Below the pieces are notes generated by a model that was given only the letters and a program-made list of their open reading frames with translations, did not search any database and had not been told where the DNA came from. A stretch of 63,333 bases of DNA, filler included. It is 9 parts of 9 records of this genome, joined end to end, with 100 filler letters (N's around TTAATTAATTAA, not from the genome) between each part and the next. Parts side by side here need not be neighbours in the genome. Positions count along the whole stretch, not along the records: positions 20,223 to 28,089 come from SRR31156797_26723; positions 28,190 to 33,452 come from SRR31156797_26741; 7 more parts are not named here. One strand, 5' to 3'. Made by a program: the position numbers and the translations under genes. Below, piece by piece: positions 20,742-30,296 of the stretch (position 1 is the first letter of the stretch; every line of letters begins with the position of its first letter).

Positions 20742-21314
20742 TCAGAGTGGCAACTTGATGTCAACTGAAGCGTAGACAAGTGCAATTGCAATGTAGAGTG
20801 CTACAAGACCTGTGATCAGGGTTATTGTTCCTGCGATCGCCAGTGGGAGCATTCCGAAGAATACCAGTGCAAGACTGAAGAATGTAAGGTCAAGCACTAC
20901 GAAGACTACTGTAAGCATCTTCAGGCCGATCTTGAGTGTTGCAACGGTGAGTGCTGTTGCGATGAGACCCCATACAAGTGTAAAGAATCCCATTGAGGTA
21001 GCGCTTGCTGCATCTAGAGGTGCACTGAAAATACCTAGTGGTGCAAGGTTGATGTATGAGAATCCAAGCCACCAGAGACCAAATATTGTGAATGCGCTTG
21101 CACCGAAGGTGTCACCTTTCTTCCAGAGTTGCCATCCGGCTATTACTTCTGCAACACCACCAAGCATTATTGCCATTGAAATGACCATAAGGGCATCTGG
21201 GAGTACTCCCATGTTTAAAAGTCCTGCGAATGTAGCAGCGAAACCAAGACCGAAGAAACCTACTGCTGCTGGGCTTCCTGCGGTCGTGTCTGTAATTGTT
21301 ATTTCTCCTTCCAT
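20742..21314 (-). CDS. SatP/Gpr1/Fun34/YaaH acetate (carboxylate) channel
   Basis: Six TM segments; GSPAAVGFFGLG and GDTFGASAFTIFGLWW motifs. Confidence 0.85.
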   Translation of the reverse strand: MEGEITITDTTAGSPAAVGFFGLGFAATFAGLLNMGVLPDALMVISMAIMLGGVAEVIAGWQLWKKGDTFGASAFTIFGLWWLGFSYINLAPLGIFSAPLDAASATSMGFFTLVWGLIATALTVATLKIGLKMLTVVFVVLDLTFFSLALVFFGMLPLAIAGTITLITGLVALYIAIALVYASVDIKLPL

Positions 21315-21818
21315 AGTTTATCACTTCCCTAAGATAATTTAGTATATAATTATTAAACAATTTTAAAATTATAATTGTTTATAGCTGACCTAAAAGAAAC
21401 GTCAGTAAATAATTTCCATCAAATTTTGTAAATACGTAACTGCTTGATACCTCCTTCAAGTGTTACCTATTTCACCTCCAGATAAGGACTTTAAAGTAGA
21501 AGTATATATCATTTTTGATTATGACAAAATAGGATACGGCATTAAATAAGTTCAAATTAAAATTAAGACCATAATAGTTATTTTAAATTAAAATAAAGCT
21601 ATTTAAGAAGATTTTTTCTGTTAAAACACTAAAAAGAACCTATTAGATGTTAAGTAATCATGACTGTAAAAATATATATACAAGAATTGAATGTGTTGTG
21701 TATGATCCCCACAAATAGCACACAATCATACCATAATGTATATATAGGGGGTTGCAAAATTCATATGGAATTATTAACATATATAACACATACGGAACAT
21801 AATAAAAATAAAAAATTA

Positions 21819-22859
21819 TCAAATTTTAAAGCGCAGAAGTGCAGCAATGCCACCCAGCGCAAGGAGTTTCTGTCCCGGCTCGAATATCGTGCTGAACACA
21901 ACAATCTTTCCCTGACTGTTCTCAACATTACGTAAAAATGAGTCGATGCTACCCTTTTCTCGCTCCACCCTCAACATCTCATCCGCTACAAGAAGAGTGT
22001 CTATTGAGCCATAATCCAGAGCGACCTTTACCTCTTCCAGCCCATATGCCACTTTTCCATCTGTAGAGATCTCTTTGAGCAGGTCATCCATCAAACGGGA
22101 TTCACGAGCTATTCGTGACTCCTCCATGATGCGGTCGACTGCCCCGCGTCTGAGAACTTCCTGAAAACCGGACATGCCAATTGAAGATGTGTCCTCACTA
22201 ATCAACCTTGAGGCAAGGTCAGGCTCTTTTGACCTGAGATATTTTACGAAGTCATCCTTTGTGAATCCCGGACCTGCAATAACAATAGACTCAGATTCAG
22301 AGGCCGCATGGGTGAGCTGTCCCAGGATCTCCTCAAAGAATGTCTCCCTGAGAGTCCCCTCGCCTTTTCCGGATGACTGACTGATATGGGAATAAGTCTC
22401 GATACCATAGTGGCGCACAAGACCTATGTCCGCATCACCTTCCTCTATGGCAACTATAACGACCTTCGGACGTTTGGAACTTTTCTCAGCCTCATCAATA
22501 CGCTCAAGCTGATCCTTCTTCCAGGTCTTTATTATAGAGATATCAAGGCCTTCCTCGACATTGAAAGTATGATAATGACCGGCATCCATTCCCTGCTCTA
22601 TGACCCCATGTAGTCTCAGACGATTAGAGAATTTATGGAATTCCATCTCCTCTATCTTAACACCAAGCCTTACAGTCTTCTTCTCTACCTTCTCAGGACG
22701 GAGCTTATCTGATGCAGAATCCGCCTTCCTTTTTGTAAGAGCGAATACGAGGTCACCCTTCTCTATAACATATTTCAGGTGCCACAGATCATCAAGTGTT
22801 TCCGGCACTAATCTTATCTCACCCTCTCTGCCTTTTAGATACCTTTTTGTGACCCTCAT
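21819..22859 (-). CDS. pelA: mRNA surveillance protein pelota (aDom34)
   Basis: PETLDDLWHL, RLRLHGVI, GHYHT, AGPGF and LGGIAALLRF motifs. Confidence 0.97.
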   Translation of the reverse strand: MRVTKRYLKGREGEIRLVPETLDDLWHLKYVIEKGDLVFALTKRKADSASDKLRPEKVEKKTVRLGVKIEEMEFHKFSNRLRLHGVIEQGMDAGHYHTFNVEEGLDISIIKTWKKDQLERIDEAEKSSKRPKVVIVAIEEGDADIGLVRHYGIETYSHISQSSGKGEGTLRETFFEEILGQLTHAASESESIVIAGPGFTKDDFVKYLRSKEPDLASRLISEDTSSIGMSGFQEVLRRGAVDRIMEESRIARESRLMDDLLKEISTDGKVAYGLEEVKVALDYGSIDTLLVADEMLRVEREKGSIDSFLRNVENSQGKIVVFSTIFEPGQKLLALGGIAALLRFKI

Positions 22860-22911
22860 TGTAACACCATATAACGCTATATTTATGGATACAGGAATTA
22901 TTCCTGTCAGT

Positions 22912-24906
22912 TCACTGACCCTTTATATCGGATTCACCCGGTGGAAGCATCATAGCGATCTTATCAGGAGAAGCTATCTGCTTTACGAAATTTGGCTCCC
23001 CTAACTTATCAACGTATATTTTGTATATCTTTTTCGCTATGTCATTTTGGTTGAACTTACCTGGAACAACCTCCACAACGTGTTGACCGTGTTTGCTTAC
23101 CGCCGAGAGTGGGCCGCCTATTACACGAGTCTTGCCTTCAAGTTCAAGAGATACTGCTGCACCGACATGCACGTCCCTGAAATAATTACGTTCGCCACGG
23201 ATGACAAAGGAACCTTTCTTAAGGAACTCACCTGATTCGGGAGTCTTTGATACCTGTTCCGGTTTAATCCAGTAACAATCGCCACTGAACTGACCCGATT
23301 TCCAGACACTTGAATAGGATACCACAAACTGTGCAGTTTCATGTAATGTCTGCTCAGGAACCTCTTTGCCCATGGTCTTGATAACTGTGATAGGAGCTCC
23401 GGGAACCTGTGTATGAAACACTACGTCCCGCTTTTCCATGTATTTCTTAACTATCTCCTCGTTGCTGTCCGCATCCCTTCCAGCCACCACAAGGAAACCA
23501 TCCGAAGATGTGAACCACCTGAAACGCTCATACCAGTACTTCTTTGTATTAGCCTTTCTCCTGCCTGATGCCTTCTTCTCTTTCTTCTGCATGGCAAGCT
23601 TTGTGTCTTCGATAGCCTTGAGTGCTCCGTCCTTTTTCTTTGTGAGCTTCTTGGCTTTATCATAATATACCTGAGCGTTCTGAGGGACAGTGAGTTTGAT
23701 ATCAACTGTAGCCATGGTGCCGTCAAGGTCCAGAACTATATTACCTGCTGCCGAATCGATGCTGACAATCCATTTTGTAGAAGGGACAGAGTCCTTCGCC
23801 TTTTTGATAATTGAACGGATCTCAGCCCATGAATAGCCTTTATCACGAGCCTGAAGCAGGATACCTATTATCTGCTCTATCTCTACATAGTTTGCATAGA
23901 TATTTTCAGCAACACGAGTATACTTCTCAGCATCCTTGGTGAACTTCTTGATAGCAGCTTCCTGTTTCTGAAGACGACGTTCATACACGTTCACTTTTTC
24001 TTTCTTGACAGCTGTCACCTGTTCCTGAACCGATTCCGCGGACATTTTTCCGAAGAACTCATCAAGAGCCCCGTTGAATGTCGGGAAAGCTACTTTTTCA
24101 TAATCTCCATAAATATTGAGCTCAAAGGGCTGTACATCAAACGGTTGCATCTCACCTTTGACATCCTTTTTGACTACACACGGCTTCAGGTCACCTGACA
24201 GGAGAGGTGTGAACACATCCTTTAGCGCTGCAATTATCGACATTATTGCATCAGGGCTAACATCCCTTGCCGGTTCGGCTTTGTTGACACCAGACCTTGC
24301 ACATACCTCTTCTGCGAGGACACCACCAAGATTGAACCTTGTAGCAATGGTTCTGACAACATCAGCATCCGAAGCGGAGAACACTTCCTGAAGGTCCTCT
24401 GCACCTGCATCCACAGGGCTTATCTGTGCCTCAGGATACTGGTATACCTCACCACTGCGTATCCTTCTGCCCTTGAAGGTGACAGGTTTCATTGGAAGGA
24501 TGATCTTCCTCTCTGAGTCCAGGAGAACTATATTACCTGGTGAGAACAGTTCGATCACAAGAACTGTTTCCACACCACCACGTACAATACCTATCTCCAT
24601 TATCCTGTCAAAATCATATTGTTTGACAAATGTGATACGTCCTGCCATGATGTGTTTTCTCAGCATCATAGGGAACGACTGCGGGAGTTTAGGACTTGGA
24701 CGCAGGTGCTGGCTCATGTGGGCTCGCTTCCCTGCCTCGATAACCAGATTGTCCCTTCCTTTGTTGTAAACAAAGAGGTTTATCCTGATCTCGTCATCTG
24801 CAGGCTGGTAGATCTTGGCGATCTTGGCATCTATAATAGATGTATCACCGGAACCAAGCTCAAATGCAAGGGCAGCTACATCAGCACTTGTCATTTCTTT
24901 CTTCAT
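22912..24906 (-). CDS. rqcH: Ribosome quality control protein Rqc2/RqcH (NFACT family)
   Basis: MTSADVAAL, QYDFDRI, WYERFRWFTSSDGFLVVAGRDA and SGEFLKKGSFVIRG motifs; start MKKEM at 24906. Confidence 0.93.
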   Translation of the reverse strand: MKKEMTSADVAALAFELGSGDTSIIDAKIAKIYQPADDEIRINLFVYNKGRDNLVIEAGKRAHMSQHLRPSPKLPQSFPMMLRKHIMAGRITFVKQYDFDRIMEIGIVRGGVETVLVIELFSPGNIVLLDSERKIILPMKPVTFKGRRIRSGEVYQYPEAQISPVDAGAEDLQEVFSASDADVVRTIATRFNLGGVLAEEVCARSGVNKAEPARDVSPDAIMSIIAALKDVFTPLLSGDLKPCVVKKDVKGEMQPFDVQPFELNIYGDYEKVAFPTFNGALDEFFGKMSAESVQEQVTAVKKEKVNVYERRLQKQEAAIKKFTKDAEKYTRVAENIYANYVEIEQIIGILLQARDKGYSWAEIRSIIKKAKDSVPSTKWIVSIDSAAGNIVLDLDGTMATVDIKLTVPQNAQVYYDKAKKLTKKKDGALKAIEDTKLAMQKKEKKASGRRKANTKKYWYERFRWFTSSDGFLVVAGRDADSNEEIVKKYMEKRDVVFHTQVPGAPITVIKTMGKEVPEQTLHETAQFVVSYSSVWKSGQFSGDCYWIKPEQVSKTPESGEFLKKGSFVIRGERNYFRDVHVGAAVSLELEGKTRVIGGPLSAVSKHGQHVVEVVPGKFNQNDIAKKIYKIYVDKLGEPNFVKQIASPDKIAMMLPPGESDIKGQ

Positions 24907-25002
24907 GCGGGGACTATAATGTAGACGGTGACTATAAGGTTTATGACGCATTAAACAGATTTAGTACCAGAACGGTCGTAAGAGAGGAGATAAAGGCAGC
25001 AT

Positions 25003-26178
25003 ATGAATGAGAGTACACGACGATACCTTGTATCGGCATTCCAGAAATATTATACTACTGCAGACATAAGGCTCCCACCGGATTTCACATCAAGGGAATG
25101 GGGGTTCATTGAGTTTACCAGTGGTCAGGATACTTTCATGAAAAGGCATCGTGCCTTTGGTTCCCAGGGAGAACTGCACGATTACCTCAGCGGCATTGGT
25201 CCTGCACATGCATATTATTCTGTGGCATATTACGAATATCCTAGTGCTCCCAAGATGAAGGAAAAGAACTGGCAAAAAGCCGACCTTATTTTTGATATCG
25301 ACTCCGATCACCTTCCCGGAGACATAAATTCTTATGCAGATATGCTGGAGAAAGGAAAGAGAGAGACATTAAAACTCCTTGAGTTCCTCATGGATGACTT
25401 TGGATTCAATGAAAGTCAGGTTCATGCGGTGTTCTCTGGTGGAAGGGGATACCACTTCCATATTAGTGAAGATTCTGTCCTTTCGCTTGGAAGCGCGGAG
25501 AGACGGGAAATTGTAGATTATGTCAGTTCCAAGGGGCTTAATCTGGAGAAATTATTTTCCAAGAAAGAGATATCAGGAGATGCAGGTACAGAGTCCGCAA
25601 AAATGGCAGTATTTCCTTCAGAAGAGGACGGAGGCTGGGGAGGGCGGATCAATCGTTACCTTATATCATACCTGACAAAACTTGCCACTAATGAAGATGC
25701 TATTGAGATACTGACAGGGTTTGACGGAATAGGCAAGGCCACCGCCGGGAAACTGGTCGAGACATTCAGGGATGAATCAAAGGTTAATGCTCTCAGAAAA
25801 GGCAAAATGGATGCACTTAGTGGCATTAAGAAAGATATACTCCAAACCATCGTAGATCAGGGAGTCACGCAGATGGCAGCATGCGTAGATGAACCTGTTA
25901 CTGCAGACATCAAGCGCCTTATACGCCTTCCGGGTTCCCTTCATGGAAAATCCGGGATGAAGGTCACTGCCCTTTCAATGAGCGAACTGGAGATTTTTGA
26001 ACCATTAACAGATGCAGTTGTTTTCGGAGACGATCCGGTAAAATTAAAAGTTATTAAGCCGTTTGCTGTTCAGATGAAAGGAAAAGACCTCATGGTAGAG
26101 GAAGGCATACAGGAAGTACCGGAGTATGCTGCCATTTATTTAATGTGCAGAGGTGTTGCAGAATATGGATCGCACTGA
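25003..26178 (+). CDS. priS: DNA primase small (catalytic) subunit
   Basis: REWGF, DLIFDID, FSGGRGYH and DEPVTADIKRLIRLPGSLHGK motifs. Confidence 0.97.
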   Translation: MNESTRRYLVSAFQKYYTTADIRLPPDFTSREWGFIEFTSGQDTFMKRHRAFGSQGELHDYLSGIGPAHAYYSVAYYEYPSAPKMKEKNWQKADLIFDIDSDHLPGDINSYADMLEKGKRETLKLLEFLMDDFGFNESQVHAVFSGGRGYHFHISEDSVLSLGSAERREIVDYVSSKGLNLEKLFSKKEISGDAGTESAKMAVFPSEEDGGWGGRINRYLISYLTKLATNEDAIEILTGFDGIGKATAGKLVETFRDESKVNALRKGKMDALSGIKKDILQTIVDQGVTQMAACVDEPVTADIKRLIRLPGSLHGKSGMKVTALSMSELEIFEPLTDAVVFGDDPVKLKVIKPFAVQMKGKDLMVEEGIQEVPEYAAIYLMCRGVAEYGSH

Positions 26179-26878
26179 ACTGAAGAACGCCCTGCGGGAA
26201 GAGAGTAGTTCAACATTAAAGTCACTGCACCCAGGTTTTTTCCCGGATGTGGAAGAATATGTTAAAGAGCTTGAAGATGAAATCCAGAAAATAAACAGCC
26301 CGCGTTCCATTGAATCAAAAATGCTGGAAGATGAACTCCAGAGCGCTATAACAGATATAGAAGTTATATTTCTGCGCCGGATAAAGAAGATAGTAAGCTA
26401 TGCAACAAACAATGCTTTTTCCAGCATGCCGCCTTCTCAGGATATGAACAAATTACTAGCTGAGGAGAAGGAGGTATATGATTCAGTTCTTTCAGCCATA
26501 AATGCAGCACGTAAGGAACTGCTGATACCTATCCTGGATCCACAGGCAAGCAGTAGGAAGGTTAAACCAGAACGTGAAGCAAAGGGCGAGAATTCAGAAC
26601 CTGAAAAAGCTAAACCAGATAAACCAGATAAACCAGATAAACCTGATGGCAGGCAGCAGATGCCTGTCGGAGAAGAAGAAGATGGCACCAACAATGAGGA
26701 AATAGGCAAAAGTAATATAAATAAAGAATTCGTTGTTGTGCGAATACTGGAGGACATGGCTACTTTCAAAGCTATGAATAATCGCAATTACACATTACAT
26801 GCCGAAGATGTTGTGATTTTACCGACCCTTAATGCAAAGGGGCTTGTAAAACGCAACGTGGCACAAATAATACTTTAG
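26165..26878 (+). CDS. GINS complex subunit (Gins51-type)
   Basis: Helical A-domain, charged linker, C-terminal B-domain (VVVRILED...[20 protein letters not shown]); conserved position between priS and rpl44e. Confidence 0.8.
   Translation: MDRTELKNALREESSSTLKSLHPGFFPDVEEYVKELEDEIQKINSPRSIESKMLEDELQSAITDIEVIFLRRIKKIVSYATNNAFSSMPPSQDMNKLLAEEKEVYDSVLSAINAARKELLIPILDPQASSRKVKPEREAKGENSEPEKAKPDKPDKPDKPDGRQQMPVGEEEDGTNNEEIGKSNINKEFVVVRILEDMATFKAMNNRNYTLHAEDVVILPTLNAKGLVKRNVAQIIL
26612..26647 (+). repeat. 9-bp tandem repeat (AAACCAGAT)x4 encoding KPD x4 in the GINS linker
   Basis: aaaccagat aaaccagat aaaccagat aaacctgat read directly. Confidence 0.9.
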
Positions 26879-26907
26879 AAATAACTGAGATTATCAAGGT
26901 GAAGATA

Positions 26908-27186
26908 ATGAAGATTCCAAAGAGATTCAGAACACACTGCCCTTCATGCAAAAAGCACACAGAGCATGTTGTTGAGAGAGTGAAGAAGGGTAAGGCATCG
27001 TCACTTACACGCATAGAGAGACAGAAGAAACGCCAGACTGGTATCGGAAACAGCGGAAAGTTCTCAAAAGTACCTGGTGGAGACAAGCCAACAAAGAGAG
27101 TATGGCTCAGATACAGGTGCACAGAATGCAGTAAGGCACACCAGAGACCATGTTTCAGAGCAAAGAAATTCGACTTCGCGGAGTGA
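26908..27186 (+). CDS. rpl44e: 50S ribosomal protein L44e
   Basis: [20 protein letters not shown]...[19 protein letters not shown]. Confidence 0.97.
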   Translation: MKIPKRFRTHCPSCKKHTEHVVERVKKGKASSLTRIERQKKRQTGIGNSGKFSKVPGGDKPTKRVWLRYRCTECSKAHQRPCFRAKKFDFAE

Positions 27187-27191
27187 TGTAA

Positions 27192-27368
<177 letters not shown>

Positions 27369-27384
27369 TTCAAAGTGATTTATA

Positions 27385-28089
27385 ATGGATGAAGATATCT
27401 GGCCCGAAAGCGGGGACTTTGTTGTCTGTACCGTGAAGAACGTTACTGACTTCGGCGCATACACAGCCCTTGAAGAATTTGGTGGAAAAGAAGGTTTTAT
27501 CCACATATCGGAGATCAAGGCCGGATGGGTCAAGTATGTCAGAGACCACGTACGTGAAGGCCAGAAGGTAGTCTGCAAAGTACTTAATGTAGATTCCTCA
27601 CGCCGTCACATAGACCTGTCCCTGAAAGATGTTAACGAACATCAGAGGCGTGCCAAAATACAAGACTGGAAGAACGAACAGAAAGCTGATAAATGGCTCC
27701 AGTTCGTTGCAGAGGAAACCGGAACCAGCGAAGATGAGATGAACAAATTAAAGCTCAAGTTGCTGGATAGTTTCGGTAGCCTTTATTCTGCTTTTGAAGA
27801 GGCCGCCATGAATGCTGAGGATGCTTTTAATGAGATCAAGATGAAGAAAAATCTTGTATCAAGCATTGTCACTGTAGCTCAGAACAACATTAAATTGCCT
27901 TTTGTAGACATCGCAGGATTCATAGACCTCAATTGCTATCTCCCTGACGGGATAGAAATTATTAAGCTGGCCCTTGAAGCTGGAAATGATATTAAGGAAG
28001 AAGGAGTTAAAGTGGACATCAGCTATACAGGTGCTCCAAGATACCGTATAAAGGTAATTGCTCCGGACTATAAAAAAGCAGAAGCTGTG
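27385..28089 (+). CDS. eif2a: Translation initiation factor aIF2 alpha (3' truncated)
   Basis: S1 domain WPESGDFVVCTV...EGFIHISEI, IDLSLK and GAPRYRI motifs. Confidence 0.96.
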
Positions 28090-28189
28090 NNNNNNNNNNN
28101 NNNNNNNNNNNNNNNNNNNNNNNNNNNNNNNNNTTAATTAATTAANNNNNNNNNNNNNNNNNNNNNNNNNNNNNNNNNNNNNNNNNNNN

Positions 28190-28366
28190 ACACATCTGCG
28201 ATGGCAAAGCCTTGCGCTTTTCGCAAACCACAACTTTGCATGAACGGCAGTATTGGGGTTTGGATTGATCATGTCCATTGCAACCGTGACACTTGTTTTT
28301 CTCACGCTGGAAGCCTATGCAAAGACTACAATTCATCCCACAAGGAGCTATCATGTTTGAATTCAT
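28190..28366 (-). CDS. DUF3795-like Cys-rich protein (3' truncated)
   Basis: IAPCGMNCSLC...CHGC...CRSCKVVVC. Confidence 0.75.
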
Positions 28367-28468
28367 TTGTTTGCCCTTAGATTAAATAAATAATTGAATA
28401 TTGTATATTGTAAATTGAACACTTATTTCCTGATTGTCAATATTCAATTTTCAATTTCACTGTCCCTT

Positions 28469-28520
28469 GCCTGTCCTCCGTAGCCCGCCGAAGTCTTGAC
28501 GTAGGTGAGGCGTAGGAGGA
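28469..28520 (+). repeat. REP-like palindromic element with a nested second unit
   Basis: gcctgtcctccgtagcc[cgccgaagtcttgacgtaggtg]aggcgtaggagga; related inverted copy at 32999-33062. Confidence 0.6.
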
Positions 28521-28584
28521 TCAACTGTCAATTATCAATTAGGGAAACGAAGGTCTATAATGTTGGATTGCATATAACATTTGA

Positions 28585-30210
28585 TTAATTGCTTCGTTTA
28601 TTTTTTTTCTTTTTAGGTTTTTTTCTTTCAGATATGTCATTAATAAAAACTACGGAAACATCAACACCCATCAGTATAAATGAGTTAATGCTTCTTTTAA
28701 GACTGATTCTTGAAAATAAAGGAAGATTCAATGATTTCTTATCTTCTGGCTTATGGGTTATTATAGCATAAATAACAGAATAATTATTTACCCTATAAGG
28801 TTCGTAATACTTTTCAATATCATCGCTATTGTGAACATTTTGACTGATTATGTTCTTGAATTTTTCTCTTGATTCCTTTTCTACTTTTAGTAATTCACAT
28901 GAGTTTAAGCCTTGATTAAACAAATGACTTAATGTTGAAGATCTAGTTGATATTTTAACGTGAATAAAAATTGAGGCATTATCTACAACATTATATAAAT
29001 CACATGGTTCAACTTGAGATTGACCAAAAGGTGAAATACTAGTCGTATCCATACAAATTGTTTTACCCTTTAAGGTAGGTAAAGAAGTGTTGTATGCCCC
29101 CTCATTATCATGATTATATTCCTTAAAAAGCGAATTTTGAGTGAAGTACGGATCAAGAAATGATTGTAAGCTATCGGTATATGATTTATCAACTTCATAC
29201 CAGCTCCCATCACATAAGTGATAGTGTTTATCATCAATTTCACAATCATACAGTAAGCTCTTAAAAATACTGAATGATTTATAAGATTTTCCGTCTGAAT
29301 CGCAGAGATTAATTTGATGTTTTTTTAAATTACTGATAGTAATGTCTGTGACGGAATTTTCCTGCAAATATAACCTGTAATAATCAATATAAACATCTTG
29401 ATATATCATGATATGTTTTTTCCCGCCCCCTGAAAAACGTATATTTAGATCATCAGAATAATCTACTATGTCAGGAATTGTAAGCACTAGCTCAGGCGGC
29501 TTTTCGCTAAAAACATTTTCCAACTTAGTGTTGAGTGTTTCTATTATTGTGGGATCAAATACTGGAGAAATATTCTGTAGTGTTGGAAAGTTGTCTTTAT
29601 AGTCATTTTTTTGGTATATTTGATATAGTTTTTTTAATAAAATTATAATTGAATTAGCAGATTTCTTGCTTGATATTCTAATACCGCTTGATCCAGTAGC
29701 ACTAGAAAAGTAATCTTTATACTCTTCTTTAACTTTTCCCGTTAGCCTTTTTAAAATTGAACTATCTCTATCAAAATCAAAGAATGTTAAATCGGAATCT
29801 ACTGGGCTTTGAATTCTAGATCTTTTTGCATTATCGGGCTCTAAAACATCAGTGCTCTTTAGCTTTTGAGGGTCAAGAGAATTTAGTGTTGTCTTTACTC
29901 CAAAATCATATTCATATGAATCATCTTTAAGATTAGTTGATGTATGTCCAAATGTTAAAGCAAAACATCTTTCATCAACATCAACAAACGCAATTGCCCC
30001 TTTAAGCACTTGTGATAGATTCTTTTCAATACCCCAATAGTCTTTCCACCAAGGATTCTTAGGTATTGAATCTAATAAAAACAATTTTATATTTTCAGAT
30101 ATATTCGATGCCTCAATAGGGCCATCAAGAACATGGCCATCTTTTAGGGCATTCTGATAGGTGATTCCTGCTTTTAATAGATAGATTGAAAAATTATTAC
30201 TTTTAGGCAT
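28585..30210 (-). CDS. TIGR04141/DUF6119-like sporadically distributed protein
   Basis: 541 aa; FSIYLLK, FALTFGH, YEYDFG..TTLNSLD, GSWYEVD, EPCDL, IHVK...LSHLFNQG and LPLFSRISL motifs recalled for this family. Confidence 0.8.
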   Translation of the reverse strand: MPKSNNFSIYLLKAGITYQNALKDGHVLDGPIEASNISENIKLFLLDSIPKNPWWKDYWGIEKNLSQVLKGAIAFVDVDERCFALTFGHTSTNLKDDSYEYDFGVKTTLNSLDPQKLKSTDVLEPDNAKRSRIQSPVDSDLTFFDFDRDSSILKRLTGKVKEEYKDYFSSATGSSGIRISSKKSANSIIILLKKLYQIYQKNDYKDNFPTLQNISPVFDPTIIETLNTKLENVFSEKPPELVLTIPDIVDYSDDLNIRFSGGGKKHIMIYQDVYIDYYRLYLQENSVTDITISNLKKHQINLCDSDGKSYKSFSIFKSLLYDCEIDDKHYHLCDGSWYEVDKSYTDSLQSFLDPYFTQNSLFKEYNHDNEGAYNTSLPTLKGKTICMDTTSISPFGQSQVEPCDLYNVVDNASIFIHVKISTRSSTLSHLFNQGLNSCELLKVEKESREKFKNIISQNVHNSDDIEKYYEPYRVNNYSVIYAIITHKPEDKKSLNLPLFSRISLKRSINSFILMGVDVSVVFINDISERKKPKKKKNKRSN

Positions 30211-30296
30211 GGTATTCCCCTTTATTACAATGATGATATTAGCAATGTTTGTTGTTCATATATCCTTTAATAATCTAATCGACAGTTAGTGTAATG

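Noticed and set aside
21660-21935. 91-aa plus-strand ORF in the AT-rich intergenic region
   Set aside because: Overlaps the pelota 3' end antisense, low complexity, no motif support
20541-26878. Pyrrolysine read-through at TAG stops of dacZ and GINS in the methanogen contig
   Set aside because: Both proteins appear complete at the TAG; for GINS another stop follows two codons later; no methylamine methyltransferase context
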